This document shows, in pieces, positions 31,965 through 32,000 of a DNA stretch of 32,000 nucleotides. Made by a program: the position numbers and the translations under genes. The first letter of the stretch is position 1. Every line of letters starts with the position of its first letter. The DNA is from Flexivirga oryzae (GTDB lineage: Bacteria; Actinomycetota; Actinomycetes; Actinomycetales; Dermatophilaceae), in the NCBI RefSeq assembly GCF_014190805.1, contig NZ_JACHVQ010000001.1, forward strand, positions 1,926,689 to 1,958,688, given 5' to 3'. The notes beneath the pieces are model-generated. The model worked only from the letters and a program-made list of their open reading frames with translations, did no database searches and was not told the origin of the DNA.

Positions 31965-32000
31965 ATGACCGAGAACCGGCCGGAACCTCCCACGCTGCTC
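31965..32000 (+). CDS. 5' end of a further operon gene (truncated by the window edge)
   Basis: ATG 31965 lies 5 nt after GGGAGGAG and 13 nt after the previous stop. Only 12 codons (MTENRPEPPTLL) are visible. Confidence 0.3.
   Translation, partial: MTENRPEPPTLL

Overview
High-GC actinobacterial chromosomal window with three parts. (1) 1-7060 is conserved housekeeping: a LysR regulator, pdxS, and a translationally coupled phosphatidylinositol-mannoside operon on the minus strand (Rv2613c-like HIT, pgsA1, PatA-like acyltransferase, pimA, small membrane protein), followed by a DDN-like F420 oxidoreductase and a GNAT. (2) 7195-23859 is an aromatic lower meta-cleavage gene set split into two halves. 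One half holds a LigJ-like hydratase, a DUF1932-type NAD(P) oxidoreductase and a divergent GntR/FCD regulator. The other holds a LigK-like aldolase, a PrpF/GalD-like isomerase, a type I VOC extradiol dioxygenase and a convergent DHA2 MFS transporter. Between the halves lies a ~9.4 kb accessory segment (about 9903-19278) with five VapBC-type toxin-antitoxin pairs, four of them back to back. It also carries small-molecule-modifying genes (HIT, SAM methyltransferase, APH kinase, MBL hydrolase, Nudix), two decayed genes (a GNAT with two frameshifts, an APH with an internal deletion) and one orphan ORF. No integrase, tRNA or flanking direct repeats were seen. The two catabolic halves share a hand-aligned 28-nt AT-rich operator-like motif (22/28 identical), which suggests one regulon interrupted by the insertion. 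(3) 23962-32000 holds a MerR regulator with a transglutaminase-like protein. Divergent from it is a five-gene translationally coupled CoA-thioester operon (crotonase, acetoacetyl-CoA synthetase-like ligase, carnitine-DH-like 3-hydroxyacyl-CoA dehydrogenase, second acyl-CoA ligase, amidohydrolase_2). No rRNA, tRNA, CRISPR or transposase was found. All family calls come from motif recognition by eye, without database searches. Many long ORFs in the track are antisense or N-terminal-extension artefacts typical of high-GC DNA.
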